Source: Candidatus Woesearchaeota archaeon (lineage in GTDB: Archaea; Nanobdellota; Nanobdellia; Pacearchaeales; GW2011-AR1). Taken from it: a stretch of 64,000 nucleotides of DNA. The notes under the pieces are model-generated. The model made no database searches and was not told the origin of the DNA. It saw only the letters and a program-made list of their open reading frames with translations. Location: assembly GCA_964412025.1 (NCBI GenBank), contig CAYPLY010000001.1:134922-198921 (forward strand), in the 5' to 3' direction. The position numbers and the translations under genes are program-made. Positions 62,319-64,000 of this stretch are shown piece after piece. How positions within the stretch are numbered: position 1 is the first letter of the stretch; every line of letters begins with the position of its first letter.

Positions 62319-63144
62319 TTTTCCCTTCCTGCCAGTCCTTTAAAATTAATCTTGCAGTTGCATCCTCGTTTACTTCCCCCTTCTTTTTCAAAAAGCCTTT
62401 TCTTTTTCCAAGTTCTTCAAGTAGAACTTCTGGGTCTCCTTTTGATTCTATCTTGTAAAATTTCTCCAGTAAATTAGGGTAGCTTTTCATTATATTAACA
62501 ACTACAAGTTCTGGTTCTTTTACTTGACTGTAACTTCTTGCTCCTAGTTTGGCATGTGCTGAAATTTTTTCCCTGTCTTGTGAGGAGTACTCTTTTTCTG
62601 GTATTATGCCAGGAGAGTCAAGTAAAACTAAATCTTGCGAGAGTTTTATCTTTTGCATGCTCTTTGTGAATCCTGCATCAGAACCAACTCCTGCAGAGCT
62701 TTTTCCTATAAGCGAATTAATTAATGAGCTTTTTCCTGTATTTGGATAACCAATTATTCCTACAATTATTTTGTGGTAATCTTCTGGTTTTTTTTCAACT
62801 TTTTTTGCTTCTATTTTTATTCTATCTCTTAGTTCTCTTATTCCTTTTCTGTTTGTTGCGGAAACAAGAACATACGGGAACATTTCTTCTTGTAGTTTTA
62901 AGTTATTTTTATCGATTAAGTCTGCCTTATTTAGAACATAAATTATTCTCTTCTTTTTATTTTTTATATCCTGTTCAATTTCTTGGTTTCTTGTTTCCTG
63001 AATAAACCTTGCATCAAGTATTTCTAAAATTACATCTGATTCTTGCACTACCTTTTTTGCTATTGAAGGATATTTTCCTCTTTGTTTTCTGATATTTTTT
63101 ATATTTCCTGTGTGTCTTGAAGAAAAACTATATCTTGGTTTCAT
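62308..63144 (-). CDS. Circularly permuted RbgA/YlqF-family GTPase
   Basis: LDAR, NKAD, VSA before GYPNTGKS and DSPG. Confidence 0.92.
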   Translation of the reverse strand: MKPRYSFSSRHTGNIKNIRKQRGKYPSIAKKVVQESDVILEILDARFIQETRNQEIEQDIKNKKKRIIYVLNKADLIDKNNLKLQEEMFPYVLVSATNRKGIRELRDRIKIEAKKVEKKPEDYHKIIVGIIGYPNTGKSSLINSLIGKSSAGVGSDAGFTKSMQKIKLSQDLVLLDSPGIIPEKEYSSQDREKISAHAKLGARSYSQVKEPELVVVNIMKSYPNLLEKFYKIESKGDPEVLLEELGKRKGFLKKKGEVNEDATARLILKDWQEGKIKL

Positions 63145-63183
63145 GTTACTTACAGGAAAATAGAGTTTAAAAAATAGAGGATA

Positions 63184-63498
63184 TTAATGGATCAGGTTTA
63201 TGAGAATTATAAATGCGATTATAGTTACCATAGAAAATATAATTAAAGTGTTAAATAATAAATAAATCGCTTCCTTTTTTTCTCCATCCAAGTACCAGAG
63301 AAGAGGTTTACCAAAGACTAAAAGTCCAGTAAATGCTGCTGAGAATACAAAGAGCAATAACATCGCTATAGGTATAAAGATGTTGTCTTTTTGGGTAATT
63401 GAGCTATTTCCAAGATAATAAATGAAAGAAGCTATTAAAATCACATATAATGAAGTTCCAAGCCCGTTAAGTAGAGAGTATTTTAGTGTATTCTTCAT
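63184..63498 (-). CDS. Small membrane protein
   Basis: Three TM helices; start at MKNTLKYS preferred because the longer track start overlaps a tRNA. Confidence 0.65.
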   Translation of the reverse strand: MKNTLKYSLLNGLGTSLYVILIASFIYYLGNSSITQKDNIFIPIAMLLLFVFSAAFTGLLVFGKPLLWYLDGEKKEAIYLLFNTLIIFSMVTIIAFIILINLIH

Positions 63499-63549
63499 GT
63501 TTAAGCTAATTCTCATTAATTTAATAAGATTATTGTGATTAAAATTAAG

Positions 63550-63622
63550 CGCCCCGACCGAGATTCGAACTCGGGTCACGGCCGTGAAAGGGCCGCATTC
63601 TTGGCCTCTGAACTATCGGGGC
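63550..63622 (-). tRNA. tRNA-Glu(TTC), intronless
   Basis: GCCCCGA/TCGGGGC acceptor, CGGCC-CTTTCAC-GGCCG anticodon arm. Confidence 0.96.
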
Positions 63623-63726
63623 TTATGCAGCAAACTATTTGCTAAAAACTTAAGATTAAATCACTTTTTAAAGATAACTAAATTAAAAAAAGAAAAAAGG
63701 CCCGTTAAGAGCCAAATTTAACTGGT

Positions 63727-64000
63727 TTATTCTTTACTCCAAGCTGCAATACCAATTAGTATAAATCCTACTATTGGTATCAAGCAAAGTAAAGCCCACC
63801 ATCCAGGTCTATTTATAACTTCAAACATCTTCCATTGCCAGATTACCATAAATACTGCAAAAGCGAGACTGAATACAAAGCCTACAACTGGAATTAATGT
63901 TCCGATTATAAGAAGCCAGGGCCACCAGTGCATTTTTGATGCCTGGAATGCTATTATTGCAGGACCAACTCCAGGTATCCAAGATAATTCTGGTGTCTTT
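63727..64000 (-). CDS. Membrane protein, 5'-truncated by the window edge
   Basis: Frame open to the window end (KTPELSWIPGVG...); hydrophobic helices and WKMFE..NRPGWWAL. Confidence 0.6.
   Translation of the reverse strand, partial: KTPELSWIPGVGPAIIAFQASKMHWWPWLLIIGTLIPVVGFVFSLAFAVFMVIWQWKMFEVINRPGWWALLCLIPIVGFILIGIAAWSKE

Noticed and set aside
1395-63005. Many short antisense or overlapping track ORFs (e.g. 3592-3837, 14386-14739, 43940-44470, 48297-48608, 62724-63005)
   Set aside because: They lie opposite well-supported genes and have the Phe/Ser/Leu-rich composition typical of shadow frames in AT-rich DNA.

Overview
A low-GC, gene-dense archaeal chromosome segment. The gene set (FEN1, RFC-L/S, archaeal PheRS/ThrS, Rpp30, eL41, Lhr, Elp3, BHB-intron tRNA, class III signal-peptide proteins) and protein style point to a DPANN archaeon, most like Pacearchaeota/Woesearchaeota (inference, no phylogeny run). 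Most of the window is housekeeping, with several accessory features. (1) Best find: an integron-like platform at 54226-59084. A short Xer-sized tyrosine recombinase lacking the IntI-specific insertion sits beside a dif-like 11-6-11 site. That site is interrupted by a 3,928-bp cassette carrying a complete type IIS (AlwI-family) restriction-modification system and ending in a ~170-nt attC-like hairpin. The hairpin R'' (GAATATAAC) is the exact reverse complement of the cassette's first bases (GTTATATTC), and GATGTTAT is duplicated at both junctions. (2) A ~7.7-kb islet at the 3' end of an intron-containing tRNA-Glu(CTC), with a 12-bp tRNA-end duplication and repeated quasi-palindromic sites. It carries a 2,209-aa surface protein with a ~480-residue (GxxxG)n, sequon-rich stalk and a RelE-like TA module. 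(3) Adjacent secreted peptidoglycan-hydrolase-like genes, a pilin-like/metallopeptidase cluster, AckA-PduL, a full AmmeMemoRadiSam triad, an MTAP-APRT fusion, and a degenerate PEP-synthase paralog sharing a 52-bp segment with an unrelated gene. Four tRNAs were found; no rRNA or CRISPR array. All family calls come from motif recognition by eye, not database searches.
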